Under the pieces are notes generated by a model. The model was not told the DNA's origin and did not search any database. It was given only the letters and a program-made list of their open reading frames with translations. From contig CAVRRT010000042.1 of the NCBI GenBank assembly GCA_963723305.1, positions 2,911 to 66,910 of the forward strand: DNA of 64,000 nt, given 5' to 3'. Made by a program: the position numbers and the translations under genes. This document shows, piece after piece, positions 62,305 through 64,000 of the stretch; position 1 is the stretch's first letter, and each line of letters starts with the position of its first letter. Origin of the DNA: an uncultured Pseudomonadota bacterium (GTDB lineage: Bacteria > Myxococcota_A > Polyangia > Fen-1088).

Positions 62305-64000
62305 TCAGGAACCAGGCCTCTTCACCCACTGCAAGCCACCACTCTGGTCGAAATAGGCGACGTAAATCTTTTTGCTCAGATTGCTGGTGTGAATGGAGTT
62401 CATGGCCCTTTGCGCGGCTTTCTGGTCCTCAAAGAAGTAGATGAGGCCGTCGTAACGGTGGCCGGTCTGCTGGCCGTTCTCGGTCATGAGCCCCTGCACC
62501 GACTCGAGAAGGCGAGAATAGTCCTTGGCTTGTTGCAGATCGAAAGGTTTTGCGCCCGCTTTGTCGTCTCCGGCGAATGTCCCCTTGTCGGGTGGCGCCC
62601 CCTCCGCCTTGATCCGTTTCTCGATGTGAACGGCACCATCGACGTCCCGCTTGAAGGGGCCCTTCTCTCCCGGCTCGCGGCTGTTCTTAACGACCTCTGC
62701 GGGATCGTGGACGCTCTTTCTCTCGATCGTGATCGACTCGATCGGCTCTCCGCCCAGGGACTGCTCCCGGAATTCGCTGAAGAGCTTCCCGACGGAGCCG
62801 CTCTGATCTGGCAAGGTCTTCATCAAGTCGCGCATCAACTTGATTTGCTCCGCGGCGGTCGGCTTGCTGGCGATGGCGTCGAGCATCTTCTGGCGGAGCG
62901 CGCGGCGAAACTTGTCGTACGCGGTCCGCAAGTATCCGGGCTCCATGCCCTTGAGAAGATCGTCGACCAGCGCCTTCGGGTCGGCCCCGCTCCGCTCCGC
63001 CAGGAGCTTCATCGCGTCGTCCCAGCGGCGGACCAGCCCCGCGTCCTCGGCGGTCCAGGGCTTTGGGTTCTCCGCTGTCGCGGCGGTTCGCTCTTTGAGC
63101 GCCGCCTCGAGCGCACCGAACCCGCCGTCTTTCGGGGGAGCGAGGCTCCCCTTGGCACCGCTCTCCTTCGCTTCGTTCCAGGTCGCTGCACGGTCGGTTC
63201 GTTCGACGAAGGGCTCCAGCGTCCGGTTACCCAGGTAGTCCGGGTTGAAGCGGAGCGCCTTGACCTCCTCCGGGAGGTCAGGAAGCAGGCGAAGCGCGTA
63301 GCCGTCGCCTGACTTCACCCACCGGTGGTTCTCGGGAGGCTGCGGATAACCGGCGTCGATGGCCGCCTTGTTGCGCTCCTCCGTGTAGATGTGCTGCTTG
63401 GTACCGTCCGGACGCGTGAGCTCGGCGACGACGAAGCGATCGGAGCGCTTGCTCTCCCCCGGCGCATGCTTCGTCTGCAGCTCGCCGTTCGAATCGCGGA
63501 AGAAGACGTGCCCTTCGGGCAGCGGCTGCCCTTGCAAGGTCGGATACTGCTGCATGGCCTGGCGCATGCGATCGGCGTTGGTGTCGTGCGCGGCGATGAA
63601 CTCGGCGGGGTTCCGGTCCATCGCGGCGAGCGTCTCGCGCGCGGCGGTGATCTGCTGGACCAGCCCCTCGATGTCGGCGGCGATGGTGGCGTGCGCCTCC
63701 GGCCGGACACCGTGGACCTCCAGCATCTTGAGGCGAAAGTCGATGGCGGTGCCGAGCTTCTGGATCTCCAGCTTGGCCGCCCACCCTTTGCTCAGCGGCT
63801 CGGGGATGAGGTGGCCGGATTGCCAGGCGCGCAGGTGCTCGAGGAGCGTCCGGACTTTGCCGCGCAGGCCGCCGTACGACTCGACGGCCTTGACGGTGTC
63901 GAGGTGCAACGCGACGTCGGACGGGAGTGCGTCCGGGCCGCAGTGAACGGTGATCTCACCGGCGCCCGCGATCGCCTTGCCCCAGCGGACCTCCACGCCG
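62305..64000 (-). CDS. C-terminal >=563 aa of a large protein (5' end outside window); polymorphic-toxin-like candidate
   Basis: Continuous ORF to the window edge with ordinary composition and no repeats. The C-terminal ~150 aa form a distinct charged module (KRDVDGAVHIEKRIK...FAGDDKAGAKPFDLQQAKDY...YDGLIYFFEDQKAAQRA). Confidence 0.7.
   Translation of the reverse strand, partial: GVEVRWGKAIAGAGEITVHCGPDALPSDVALHLDTVKAVESYGGLRGKVRTLLEHLRAWQSGHLIPEPLSKGWAAKLEIQKLGTAIDFRLKMLEVHGVRPEAHATIAADIEGLVQQITAARETLAAMDRNPAEFIAAHDTNADRMRQAMQQYPTLQGQPLPEGHVFFRDSNGELQTKHAPGESKRSDRFVVAELTRPDGTKQHIYTEERNKAAIDAGYPQPPENHRWVKSGDGYALRLLPDLPEEVKALRFNPDYLGNRTLEPFVERTDRAATWNEAKESGAKGSLAPPKDGGFGALEAALKERTAATAENPKPWTAEDAGLVRRWDDAMKLLAERSGADPKALVDDLLKGMEPGYLRTAYDKFRRALRQKMLDAIASKPTAAEQIKLMRDLMKTLPDQSGSVGKLFSEFREQSLGGEPIESITIERKSVHDPAEVVKNSREPGEKGPFKRDVDGAVHIEKRIKAEGAPPDKGTFAGDDKAGAKPFDLQQAKDYSRLLESVQGLMTENGQQTGHRYDGLIYFFEDQKAAQRAMNSIHTSNLSKKIYVAYFDQSGGLQWVKRPGS

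Overview
High-GC (roughly 68-70% by eye) bacterial chromosomal DNA with a clear myxobacterial signature: a MYXO-CTERM sorting tail, Cys-rich repeat modules, two Ser/Thr kinases, and at least ten predicted lipoproteins, several with Gly-rich (GTGG-type) linkers. I found no rRNA, tRNA or CRISPR array. The left third (8.9-20.4 kb) holds a divergent locus. One arm is a nine-gene, tightly coupled Ton-import operon: three small outer-membrane or lipoproteins, a TonB_C-fused TonB-dependent receptor, ExbB, ExbD, TonB, a Tat-Rieske protein and a beta-propeller. The other arm is an ECF sigma / FecR anti-sigma unit. The middle (22.6-44 kb) is an accessory mosaic with five integrase/transposase remnants from two families, truncated genes, low-GC patches and an unexplained 17-nt motif present three times. 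It carries a YWTD-like/RCC1-like secreted protein, a three-gene coupled operon of unknown function, ArsR-SRPBCC and GlxA/DJ-1 modules, a kinase, a GH44 lipoprotein and a GT-C-like membrane protein. The right third has an OmpA/thrombospondin-repeat gene translationally coupled to a 1446-aa DUF11 plus Cys-rich-repeat MYXO-CTERM surface protein. It also has a frameshifted GH26 lipoprotein, a second kinase, ADH/DoxX, cytochrome P460, a DUF1360 cluster containing an overlapping small MGCC gene, and the 3' part of a large toxin-like gene with a tightly linked downstream gene. All functional calls rest on motif recognition from memory, not database searches. Many long Arg/Pro/Gly-rich ORFs in the track are wrong-frame artefacts of the high GC content.
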